Shown here: positions 43,314 through 53,066 of the stretch, piece after piece
Layout: every line of letters begins with the position of its first letter
How positions within the stretch are numbered: the first letter of the stretch is position 1
Assembly: GCF_000981445.1 (NCBI RefSeq)
Contig: NC_027217.1
Coordinates: 1,364,001-1,428,000, forward strand
From: Babesia bigemina
Taxonomy: Eukaryota
Direction of reading: 5' to 3'
DNA length: 64,000 nt
The notes under the pieces: model-generated
Told to the model about the DNA's origin: nothing
The model's database searches: none
The model's input: only the letters and a program-made list of their open reading frames with translations
Translations under genes and position numbers: made by a program

Positions 43314-45254
43314 CTACTCCGCCTCTTCCTCCTCCTCGTCTTCGTTCTCCTCGTCATCATCGCCACCCTCACTAATAGCGCTTTCCTCAGCCTCACTTAC
43401 AGCGCTTTGGTCAGCCTCACTTACAGCGCTGTCGTCTACCTCACTTACAGCGCTTTCCTCTGCTTCACTTACAGTGCTTTGGTCAGCCTCACTTACAGCG
43501 TTTTCTGGGGCATCATCTTCCTCAATTCCACGTAGACTACTCTCTACGGTCTTGCTTACAGAAGCAGTAATTTGTTCTTCATCATTCGCATGTGTCTTAC
43601 TGGAACCACAACAGAAGAGATTTGCGAAAAATTGACCGAAACCGCCTTGTTTTTTGGTGGGTTTTGCTTCAGTAGCACAGCTTGTTGAAACAGTGGGTTT
43701 CATTTGATCTTCGTCGGCAAGGGAAGGCAACGATTCACCGAGGTCAAAGGTATCGTTCTCATCACCTTCGGTTACTTCCAAGCCATTACCATCAACTGCC
43801 CCACTGTCAACATCTGAAGCCCGTGAGCCGTCAACGTCGGAAGTGGATGCTTCCCCGTGATCGGAGCTGTAATCCTTCTCAGCATCTGCAGCCTCCGTCA
43901 AATCGGCATCTCCAGTTTCGCCGTCGACCTGCCCAATTTCCTCATCTGCAGCGGACAATTCGTTGGATACAGATTCCTCACCATCAATAACTTCCGTGTC
44001 AACCACATCCCCAACAGTTTCACCGTCAATACCATCAATGGTTTCCATGTCAGCATCTACAGCAATTTTCTCGCTGGCATCTAACACTTCTACACCATCA
44101 GCATCTTCCAACTCTTCACCATCAAAGTCGGTGTAACCCTGATCATCGGCAACATCACCAATCGTTTCACCTTCAACAGCTCCACTGTCAGCATCGTCAT
44201 CAATTTTGTTGCTGCCATCGGTACGTGGAGTTCCATCGAAGAACTGTGATTCGTCGATGTCAAAATCACCATCCTCGATGTCATCAAAATCATAATCGTC
44301 GTTGCCATCCAACAATTCCTCATTGTCAGGGAGATCAATCGGCTCGCCATCAACACCACGAACTGGTTCTCCTTCAAGACCAATCACTACTGGCTTAGGC
44401 TGCTTCGCATTCTTCTTACCGGAACCACAGCAGAAGAGACTTGAGAAGAAGCCGTCGGAGCCTTCGCTTTCCTGTTCGGTTTCCGTATATTCGGGCTTAG
44501 GCTTCACAGATCTCTTGGCACCTTCAGCTATTCTTCCTTTCAAATAGTCCAAAGTTTTTTGGACATCGTCATTGGTTGCGGGACGTGAAACAGTTTCATA
44601 ATCCGGATTCATACGGTCTCCATATTCGGGATACGGAATTGCGATAGCATTCGGACATGTTGTATCATCAGAAGTCGTCAAATCATCAGAAGTCGTCAAA
44701 TCATCAGAAATCGTCAAATCATCAGAAATCGTCAAATCATCTGGAGTTTCTATAATATCCGGGGTTGGCACATCAATCGTAACTGTCGTATCGTCCGAAA
44801 TCGTTACATCATCCGGAGTCGATATAACACCTGAAGCTGTCGTATCGTCCGAAACCGTCACATCATCCGGAGTCGATATAACACCTGAAGCTGTCGTATC
44901 GTCCGAAACCGTCACATCATCCGGAGTGCATTCCACAGGGGGCTTTGCAACAGCGGGGGCCTTCCTAACATATGGAGTCCTAATGACATTTGACGTGAAC
45001 CTTCCAAGAACATCATCAAAAGCATTCTTAAAAGCCATATCTCTCTGGCTCAGCAACTCTGGGTGCCATCCATCCATTTCTCTGATGTCCGTAACAACTC
45101 TGAAACCCTTCCTCGTTCGTGACATCATATTCCTGCTGTTTGGCGCAGCCACTGAACCGTATTTAGACCCAGCATGACGACTATCCGTCTCCCACGCTGC
45201 AATAAGATGGATCTGGTTAAAAACCAAAAGCGCCAAGGAAATTACAAACTTCAT
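43314..45254 (-). CDS. Secreted Asp/Glu-rich repeat protein, copy B, 646 aa
   Basis: Near-identical to 38064..40022 minus one 6-aa repeat. Confidence 0.88.
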   Translation of the reverse strand: MKFVISLALLVFNQIHLIAAWETDSRHAGSKYGSVAAPNSRNMMSRTRKGFRVVTDIREMDGWHPELLSQRDMAFKNAFDDVLGRFTSNVIRTPYVRKAPAVAKPPVECTPDDVTVSDDTTASGVISTPDDVTVSDDTTASGVISTPDDVTISDDTTVTIDVPTPDIIETPDDLTISDDLTISDDLTTSDDLTTSDDTTCPNAIAIPYPEYGDRMNPDYETVSRPATNDDVQKTLDYLKGRIAEGAKRSVKPKPEYTETEQESEGSDGFFSSLFCCGSGKKNAKQPKPVVIGLEGEPVRGVDGEPIDLPDNEELLDGNDDYDFDDIEDGDFDIDESQFFDGTPRTDGSNKIDDDADSGAVEGETIGDVADDQGYTDFDGEELEDADGVEVLDASEKIAVDADMETIDGIDGETVGDVVDTEVIDGEESVSNELSAADEEIGQVDGETGDADLTEAADAEKDYSSDHGEASTSDVDGSRASDVDSGAVDGNGLEVTEGDENDTFDLGESLPSLADEDQMKPTVSTSCATEAKPTKKQGGFGQFFANLFCCGSSKTHANDEEQITASVSKTVESSLRGIEEDDAPENAVSEADQSTVSEAEESAVSEVDDSAVSEADQSAVSEAEESAISEGGDDDEENEDEEEEEAE

Positions 45255-45619
45255 CTTGACAGTAAATACGATACAACGCTAAAAATTGCAATTGCTGTTG
45301 AAAGCAACGTGGAATCGATTGCGAATCCGGGAGCCGCGTTGTGGCGTTAGCCTTCCATAGTGCATGAGCATCACACACCGTATATAGCTAAAACGACTGG
45401 CAGAATCCTAACTGTCGACGTCTTATTATTAATTTTATATTCAGTAATGTGATAAAATTTTTCTTTTCGTAAATATTCTAGCATTATATCGCAAATGGGC
45501 TATCGCGCAAAATGATATGGTAATCAGTAGACATATTTTTTGTCACCTATGACCATTTGCTGCGTTTATTGCAAAACATTATCATATAACAACTGTTACA
45601 TGCAATATAATACTTGTAT

Positions 45620-46246
45620 TCCCCGGAATCCTGCGCATAATGCCGGTCTGGGTCGGCGCCGCAACACCGTGTCTTTCGCAGCTGCAGGCGTGTTTGTCAT
45701 TGGCTCTCAATCTTTGTGTTGTACTATTAGCCGTGATGTGCACATGTTAAAAGCTTGGTTTGCATTATGATCCGCTCTTGAATGGCCACTTTCATTGCTG
45801 CAATGAGTGGTCCGGCATCCAGTACTATTGTATGTTGTGGGCAACGGCGAGGCTTGAATGCGCTTGCCATCCCCGCTGCTGGTGACCTCTAACTGTTGTG
45901 CAATATAAAACATTATGCTGTCACAGATAGTTGCGAATGTGGGCGGCGCTAGGAGGTGCTGCGTACATCGCATTTTGTTGAATAGTCGTGAGTTATTTAA
46001 TTCCCTTGCTCTTCGAGGCCGGAACCATTAGCGTTACTTTTTATAAGCGTCACCATCAACGCAGCGCCGCACGAATCTTATGGCTTGCATCCTACGGCAG
46101 GCTTCATCATTCGCCTCTAAGCAGTAAAGGGTATATGAGATGAGTACCTCCAGACACCGTGGAGTGTCTAGTTAGACTAGCACGACATTTAGTAATCTAA
46201 AATTTAACGAAAGTAAAGTAAAATCTTAAGTGTAATTAAATACTGA
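45620..46246. repeat. Antigen-locus cassette, partial mosaic copy
   Basis: Matches the middle and 3' parts of the cassette and carries the variant segment seen at 29868-29920. Confidence 0.9.
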
Positions 46247-46414
46247 TTACCACATGGTGAAGGCGATAACAGCGGCCAAGAGCAGGCCCGTGGTTCCGAT
46301 GCTTGCAGAGTACATCTTTTTGCACTTCTCAACGGCGGCATTGACATTACTGTCCAATATGTTGTACTCTATGAAAGACGTCACAATGTAGTACATAAAG
46401 TACGTGTAATACAG
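46247..46414 (-). pseudogene. Orphan GPI-tail relic 3
   Basis: Reads LYYTYFMYYIVTSFIEYNILDSNVNAAVEKCKKMYSASIGTTGLLLAAVIAFTMW*. Confidence 0.85.
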
Positions 46415-46907
46415 TCTTCAAAACCAGTCGACAATCCTAATGTAATAAATGTTGCTCCCTCATCGCGAGAATAGCAAGATTATTATAAACCATGTCGGGT
46501 TTACAACAGATGCCATCTCCTGCCGCTGGCGACGACATTGATGCTTAGAATTCGGAAGTCACAGAATCCAAAAACACAGAAAATCTCCTATTGATTGTGA
46601 TTGCGCCTTCGAATGCTGTGTTTCTAAAATGCTGTTCGCAACTTCCCTGTCACGTTGTGCCTCAGCCTCAAGACTAACTTGAGTGTATGTAGCTGTCTAT
46701 CTATCTATCGTGACACCAATATTTCATTTATACTCATCGGTTATATGCATGCATCAAGAGTAAATTTACGAGCGGCATCAGTTAGTCTAGTGTGCTCTAA
46801 ATTTCGTGCTTAGTCGTGATCAAAGCCCTACATCTCAGTGCCATCCAATATTTTGGCATCAATAGGAGCACTAAAAGACATACTATTAGCACAAGAAAAT
46901 TTTTTTT

Positions 46908-48107
46908 TCATTCGAGACCAAATGCTACAGGTCTGCCCTCAGTGTAGGCATCATTACCAGGGCCGTAGAAGAACAGATTGCCGAAGAATCGACGGGCACC
47001 ACCCACTGGCTTCTTGTCGCAAGCGTTCATTGTGCTGCGGCCTTCAACAGACGGTGACGCTCCGAATACGTTGGATACCTGCTGAGCATTAAATACTTCA
47101 ACCACCTCGGCATCTCCAACTTCTGTGTCGACCATATCTCCTTGGAAGGAGCAACCGAAACCGCCCTCCATCTCTTCAAAAGATGAAGGAGTTCCGTAAG
47201 GTGCATATAACAGTACATCCCCATTTGGGGTTGATTTCCCCCTCAGAGACCGCCTGCCACCACGAGGCGGGATGTGTACGCGAATCCTGACTCTATCCCT
47301 TAACCCATAACTATTTTGTTCATCACCGAACTTTACAATGGGAGTGAATTGGTAATTGAAGATTGGAGGCATCGAATCATCAATGGATTCATCGCCCTCC
47401 GCCACTTCTTCAGTCTCTTCAATCTCAGGGACTTCTTCCTCGACAGTTTCCTCGGCCTCCTCAACCTCAGGTACCTGTTCCTCGATCTCTACTTCCTCCT
47501 CAGCAGCAGGGGTCTCCTCGATGATCTCAGGAACAACTTCTTCAACCTCAGGTACCTGTTCCTCGATCTCTACTTCCTCCTCAGCAGCAGGGGTCTCCTC
47601 GATGATCTCAGGAATAACTTCTTCAACCTCAGGTACCTGTTCCTCGATCTCTACTTCCTCCTCAGCAGCAGGGGTCTCCTCGATGATCTCAGGAATAACT
47701 TCTTCAACCTCAGGTACCTGTTCCTCGATCTCTACTTCCTCCTCAGCAGCAGGGGTCTCCTCGATGATCTCAGGAATAACTTCTTCAACCTCAGGTACCT
47801 GTTCCTCGATCTCGACTTCCTCCTCAGCAGCAGGGGTCTCCTCGATGATTTCAGGGACTACTTCCTCAACCTCTTCGATCGGAGAGCCCGTAATGTCAAC
47901 CCTGCTGTCTTCGTCATCATTGCTTGTACAGTGTTTCTCCACGGATGGCGTGTATTCAACATCGTCTAGGGAACCAAAACGATGAATCCCTACCTCCTCA
48001 TTAGAGAGTGGTGAAGTAGGTAGCGACGATGTCTGCGCGGATGCATTTATAGCGCTGAAGAACAGCAAGAACAGTGATACACACACCTTCATTTTCTTAA
48101 AAAACAT
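46908..48107 (-). CDS. Secreted Glu-rich repeat antigen, 399 aa (5 x 27-aa repeats); diverged paralogue of the acidic proteins
   Basis: Signal peptide (MKVCVSLFLLFFSAINASA); EEV(V/I)PEIIEETPAAEEEVEIEEQVPEV x5. C-terminal DMVDTEV...VSN and FFGNLFFYG align to DVVDTEV...VSN and FFANLFCCG. Confidence 0.85.
   Translation of the reverse strand: MFFKKMKVCVSLFLLFFSAINASAQTSSLPTSPLSNEEVGIHRFGSLDDVEYTPSVEKHCTSNDDEDSRVDITGSPIEEVEEVVPEIIEETPAAEEEVEIEEQVPEVEEVIPEIIEETPAAEEEVEIEEQVPEVEEVIPEIIEETPAAEEEVEIEEQVPEVEEVIPEIIEETPAAEEEVEIEEQVPEVEEVVPEIIEETPAAEEEVEIEEQVPEVEEAEETVEEEVPEIEETEEVAEGDESIDDSMPPIFNYQFTPIVKFGDEQNSYGLRDRVRIRVHIPPRGGRRSLRGKSTPNGDVLLYAPYGTPSSFEEMEGGFGCSFQGDMVDTEVGDAEVVEVFNAQQVSNVFGASPSVEGRSTMNACDKKPVGGARRFFGNLFFYGPGNDAYTEGRPVAFGLE
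47462..47870. repeat. 81-bp coding tandem repeat x5
   Basis: ggtacctgttcctcgatc recurs at 47470, 47551, 47632, 47713 and 47794. Confidence 0.95.
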
Positions 48108-48926
48108 TAAAAATTATAATACAGCAATATAATTATTATATAACCGACTGGTCGACGATTGTGCTGAGTGCGATGTCGGGTGCCGGGTTTTCCTGCTGAC
48201 AGGAGGCACACGTATGTGAGGCAGGCTCTACAACTACACACATGAAAGATGAGTATGTGCATTACATCTGTAATCGTTTACATATAATTTCAATTATTCA
48301 ATCAGATGAAGTGACCGTTTTTATAACTCCTCAATATGTAGAGGCAGCTGCACGGGATCTCGCATGTCTTCATCCCATTAACATTGCGTTCACGTTGTCA
48401 TATGACATAACGCTACATTTTATGACCGTATACTTATTGTAACTAACTAGTTTAGACTTAACGGCGTTTTAACACGTACGTCCAAACGCGTCCTAGTATA
48501 TCTAGGCTGAAAGACGCGTCGATGACGTTCAACAGGCACTCTATACGCGCCAATATGTCGATTGTTTTTACGATTTTTGCACGTTCAGGAGCTGCCAACC
48601 ACGGAATTCTGTCGCATGTTAATTGTCGGTTCGAACACGTTATTGATATGCCAAATCGTCTTCTACGCAGGCTAACACAGGCCGTATGGCACTTTGAAAA
48701 TTATAGTCGAAGCTTTAATTACCGGTCTATTGTTGTAAGATACGCGAATTTACCCCGATGAAAGATTAGTGGTGATTATTTGAAGAGTACGACAGTAATC
48801 AATTAAAATCATACTAACATTTTCCCGTTGTCATAGGCAGAATGTGATATTATCAACACAGAAGCGGTTCATATACAGTGCCAATTCTCAAATGCCGCAT
48901 GAAAATCCCTGTAGATCTACGGCTAT

Positions 48927-50047
48927 CGCTATGAAGTATTGTAGTATCGGTAGCACCATTGTGTAGCAGTCGGCGCTGCCTTAATTATAAAATTATACTG
49001 TGAGTTGTACGGGTAGTCGTCACGTGAGCCTGGGGGCTGTTAGGGACGTGTGCCGCGGAAGAGGTGTTCCCACGTTCCGGAGTAGCGGGGAGCGCTTTTG
49101 AGAAGTACGACGCTGACCACGTTCCCGCGTCCCTCCATGTCGTGTATTGACCAAAAGCAGCCATCGACGTCGACCTTGCCGCGCAAGGGTCGAGACACAG
49201 CCTTGCCGTTGTACGTGATGGTCAGCTCCCGCGGCATGAATGTCACGGCATAGTCGTCCTCTCTGTCCTCGGGCGATATGCACGGGAACCAGAGGTCGAA
49301 ATAACGGCTGTGTTGGCGCCAGCTAACCTCAAAGGGGGGTAGCGCGGTGACTACTACAGGCTCGTTCAGAATGCCCTTCTGGCGGTAGAATCCGCTGATT
49401 AGGTTGCTAAGGTCCTCCCGACGAAGCTTGCCTTGCGTGAGGCTTCTCATATATTGCGCGTCGCGGCTTTCTTGCGTCGATTGGAGTCCCGCGTCATCTT
49501 GTGTCCATCCCTCATCCTCCGGCCGCATCTCACCCAGGTTGCGCCTGACCTCCTCCTCGGTAGGGTGACGCAGCTCGGAGAGGTCGAACATAGCGTTTAG
49601 GTGCTCATCGAGCACATCATTTTGCTCTTTTAAGAGCTCCGAGACGTTGGGTTTCTCATCTGAATCCGCTGTTCCGCCAAGGTCCCGTAGCGCTGCACGA
49701 CGGCGTAAGTAGAGTTCCTCCGCAGCCATCATCTCCTTTTTCCACATGGGTCCAAGTTTCCCCTGCTTCGCGTCGTGTATTAGCTTCATTAGGTCTGCAA
49801 CGTCAGCTTCAGTGACTTCCTCCGCGTCCGCATTGTCGGATTCGTAGCCAGACTCGTAACCAGCGTCCAGGCCGAGTCCCGGCATGCCCTCCAGCGGATC
49901 GACTTTGACAGCAACAATTCGCAACAAACGCCCTCTATGGCAGACGTCGCAATGAGTAACACGCTCCGACGAACGAAATGGGATTTCGCTTGCATTGGCT
50001 CTCTGAGATTCACACCACGCGGATAAAACGAAAAGCGGACGCCGCGC
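48927..50047. repeat. 1121-bp direct repeat, right copy
   Basis: Matches 28352-29472. Confidence 0.95.
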
Positions 50048-50050
50048 CAT
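49040..50050 (-). CDS. CS (p23/NudC/HSP20-like) domain protein, intact copy (start ATG 50050, or possibly 50131)
   Basis: C-terminal CS-domain pattern: VSWRQHSRYFDLWFP...VTFMPRELTI...LRGKVDVDGCFWSI...VSVVLLKS...WEHLF. Confidence 0.75.
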   Translation of the reverse strand: MARRPLFVLSAWCESQRANASEIPFRSSERVTHCDVCHRGRLLRIVAVKVDPLEGMPGLGLDAGYESGYESDNADAEEVTEADVADLMKLIHDAKQGKLGPMWKKEMMAAEELYLRRRAALRDLGGTADSDEKPNVSELLKEQNDVLDEHLNAMFDLSELRHPTEEEVRRNLGEMRPEDEGWTQDDAGLQSTQESRDAQYMRSLTQGKLRREDLSNLISGFYRQKGILNEPVVVTALPPFEVSWRQHSRYFDLWFPCISPEDREDDYAVTFMPRELTITYNGKAVSRPLRGKVDVDGCFWSIHDMEGRGNVVSVVLLKSAPRYSGTWEHLFRGTRP

Positions 50051-50287
50051 GTGCCCCTGCGAAGTGTATCGCATAAGCACAACATGTACCATGATAAGTA
50101 GTGTGGCTGTGGTACATATATGTGTCTCCATGGTTTTAGAGACGGTGAATGAAAGTTAAATAAACGCTGCAAGGTAGAAACAGCACGATCGAGCATTAGG
50201 AGCTACATACAATTCACTTAAAGTCGCGAATAAAGCGTATTGATGATACCTTTGCTCTGCTGACCCGTCACAGACCACAAGAAACTC

Positions 50288-50731
50288 TCATTTGGACATA
50301 TCCAGCGCTTTGGCGGACCGGAGCACTTCGTGGAATACCTTTTCCCGGAGTTCGTGGTGGGCATCACCCCGTTTCTGCAACTCACTCTCCAGCACTGCTA
50401 AACTCTTGCCTCCCGTGGGAAGAAAGCAGTAATTGGTTCGACGGCGTAGTGCGTGAACTGTGCTCACGTCGGGATCTCCTACATAACTCCTGAAGTAGGC
50501 CGAATTGCCGTAAAACACAAATGGCTCGTACGCAACGGGCTGCGCGTGACCAATTATCGCACGAAGCTGGTCATCTATCAGCTTAGGTGTGAACTTCTGA
50601 ACCCAGCGCCACCAAAATGGAACGTATGTGCGATGCCCGGTTTCCCAGTATATGCCGCTCTGCTGCAAACCATGAGAGTAATCCTCCAAATTCCCGGAAG
50701 ACAGCCCATCCGATCCACCGCCTGCGTGACC
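50288..50731 (-). CDS. Hypothetical protein (5' end/exon uncertain)
   Basis: Open frame with globular-looking composition (GIYWETGHRTYVPFWWRW...); first in-frame ATG at 50731. Confidence 0.55.
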   Translation of the reverse strand, partial: GHAGGGSDGLSSGNLEDYSHGLQQSGIYWETGHRTYVPFWWRWVQKFTPKLIDDQLRAIIGHAQPVAYEPFVFYGNSAYFRSYVGDPDVSTVHALRRRTNYCFLPTGGKSLAVLESELQKRGDAHHELREKVFHEVLRSAKALDMSK

Positions 50732-51154
50732 CATCGTGCGCCACGTCACCAGTCGGCGTGCATCATACGAACAAGCTCCTTATATGGAGATCGATACACG
50801 AGTGTCCACGAGACACACAAAAGTAGGAGCGCGATCGCAACACGGCTATCCGCAGAGCAGTAATTGTCACCTCAACATTCCACTCGTTTAGAGCGATTTA
50901 TTCGACAAATTGGTGCACATGGACGAGAAAGCATTGGTTACTATGGGGGCGTGTAGCCGCTCACGGATACCGCTGCATTCCTTCGACAGGCTGGACCCGC
51001 CACTAGAAAAATGATCAACAAAACGGACACGCTAGTCCAAAGAATTGTAATTAAAGGTATCAAAGACGTTTACATTCGCGACTATTCGGCGTTACACACG
51101 TGAGCCGGTGCAACGTACAGGAACACTTACAAGCTGCAATCTGTCTTTTCCGCC

Positions 51155-52543
51155 ATGGAAGGTCGCGAAGATGATAACCACGATTGGGAAAGTTTCCTGT
51201 GGCTCGCAGAGGTGGATTGGTTCTGCTGTTTAAACCGACATATCGTCAGCGACTGGCCGCCTGTTTACGTCGTTGCTTTCTACTTCATCCTAGCCAATTT
51301 ACACGATATGCATCTCACGCAGATCCGGGAGTACGCACTCGTAAAGTCACCGGTGTTTTCTTCCTTTTTCTCATCGCCCCTGACTGGCTCGGTCGGAGAA
51401 CATCACGTTGATGGCGAACCACAAGGGCCTGAGAATGAGCACTTCAACAGCGCTTTGGCCAAAGAATCAGGAATCGCATGCCTTCTGGATAGCCAAAATC
51501 ACATTTTGAATGCGACTCAAAAGCAAATAATCACGGCCATGCTGGCGAATGCGAATGATGTTGAACTCCCCAAGAGGCTGAAATTCCACATTTACGTCGG
51601 ACGTGAGGACGGACGGTCACACATAGTCATGTGCAGCTGCTGCGCCTATCAACTTGCCAATGTGTTCGTCAAAATACTGGAAAACGTCGACCGATACCGC
51701 CGCAACCCAGAGCCGAGAATAGCGCGACGCAGTAAGATGTCGTCCATGGTCAGTCGGATCGTCCAACAGATTCCACCGCTAGAATACGAACAAAGAATGT
51801 CAGTGTTGCCTCCGTCGCAAAGTGAAGTATGGGACGCAAAGCTTCTGTTCACTGCGGGCACAATCCACCACCGTTCGCCCAAAGTAAAGTACCGAAGGAT
51901 AATTGTCTCCACCGCAGCCATGCTGCTGTACGTGCTGATGCCGCACGCCTACGCCATGACGCACCTGCGACGTATCATCCGGTCCGCCGATCACGATTCT
52001 CTGATTGCGCTATCCTCCATCATTGACGGGCTGCTCCTCAGCTTCCCGAAGGAGAGTGATGTGTGGAGTATCAAGCTGTACTTGGTAAGGGAGTTTCTGA
52101 AACGTTTGAAAATGAAGGGTGCTGACCTGATGCATGGCGTGGAGAAGCTGCTCGGCAGTGACTGCATGGGCGTAGAAGGTTTACTGCTTAAGATCACCAA
52201 GAAAACCAAAATGAACGGGCGTTTGGCCTGGTTCGTCAGGAATCTCCACCATAACGTGCGGACAATGGCGGCACGCAATCTACCAGTCAAAGTGAAGAGT
52301 CGCGTCATGGAACAAATGGAGCAGTACTTCATCAGACTCTGCTCCACGCTGCTTGTTGCTGACGAGGGCTATCAGGGCATTTTCTACATCTATTACAATC
52401 TCGTGCGCGACAACCCGAAAAAGCTGAGAACGCTGCGCGCCATTTGTGAGCGGGCTGACAGGAACGAGTCGTGGGAGGCAAACGTCGAGATATTGAACAA
52501 GGGAGCGGAGCGCAATGCGCTCTCCGCGCAGCGCAGTGTATGA
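51155..52543 (+). CDS. Hypothetical helical protein, weakly resembling prenyltransferase alpha-subunit repeat (PTAR1-like)
   Basis: 462-aa ORF; LLLSFPKESDVWSIKLYLV resembles the PPTA repeat xxPKxxxxWxxR. The resemblance is weak. Confidence 0.55.
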   Translation: MEGREDDNHDWESFLWLAEVDWFCCLNRHIVSDWPPVYVVAFYFILANLHDMHLTQIREYALVKSPVFSSFFSSPLTGSVGEHHVDGEPQGPENEHFNSALAKESGIACLLDSQNHILNATQKQIITAMLANANDVELPKRLKFHIYVGREDGRSHIVMCSCCAYQLANVFVKILENVDRYRRNPEPRIARRSKMSSMVSRIVQQIPPLEYEQRMSVLPPSQSEVWDAKLLFTAGTIHHRSPKVKYRRIIVSTAAMLLYVLMPHAYAMTHLRRIIRSADHDSLIALSSIIDGLLLSFPKESDVWSIKLYLVREFLKRLKMKGADLMHGVEKLLGSDCMGVEGLLLKITKKTKMNGRLAWFVRNLHHNVRTMAARNLPVKVKSRVMEQMEQYFIRLCSTLLVADEGYQGIFYIYYNLVRDNPKKLRTLRAICERADRNESWEANVEILNKGAERNALSAQRSV

Positions 52544-53066
52544 TTAAAATGACAGCCGAATTCACGTTTAAAAAACGGTCTACGTAGGTACAGATATGTG
52601 AATGACAGCTTCGCCGGCTTGTTACGACACTGTAGGATCGTGCGAGCGATGTAGACACTCATCCACGCTGCCACGGACTGCCCATGACCCACAATGACGC
52701 CAACAAAACGTACATAACAACCAATGTAAAGAGTACCTACAACTATTATAATATCAATGTTACCATACGTAGACAACACCTGTCAATGAACGAGCCTACG
52801 GCCCACCGGGAAATAGGCGCGTTGCCCGCGGCGGGCGCTTCCGGCATCACATTGCCGGAACTGTCAAATACGGTTGAGCGACACGATACTTTCGTCAGGT
52901 GTGGCTGAGGGCGATCGGGCGAGTTCCGGCCGCAGCAGCTGGCGCAGTTGAGAGCTTACGGACAGCAGTGCTCCGCCAATGCGGGGACTGGGAATGTACA
53001 TCGTTCCTCCACGCCCATCAAAGGGGAATTGCGTTCTCAATTGATGCCACCGGTAAGCGCAGCTCT

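Larger units (their letters stand above)
41926..45963. repeat. Tandem segmental duplication, copy B
   Basis: Near-identical to 36676-40731; differences seen include the 18-bp indel, K>E near the acidic gene C-terminus, a synonymous change near 43569 and cassette SNPs. Confidence 0.95.

Noticed and set aside
47316..47985. Two long plus-strand repetitive ORFs (Leu/Phe-rich, LRR-like; Ser/Thr-rich)
   Set aside because: These are antisense shadows of the 81-bp Glu-rich repeat; the minus-strand ORF has the signal peptide.
33849..48107. PEXEL-like (RxL) export motif in the island proteins
   Set aside because: No consistently positioned RxL motif follows the signal peptides, so export is not supported by this criterion.
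29473..48926. Island as a transposon or prophage
   Set aside because: No transposase, integrase or RT ORF and no terminal inverted repeats were seen; the 1121-bp duplication is far longer than a normal target-site duplication.
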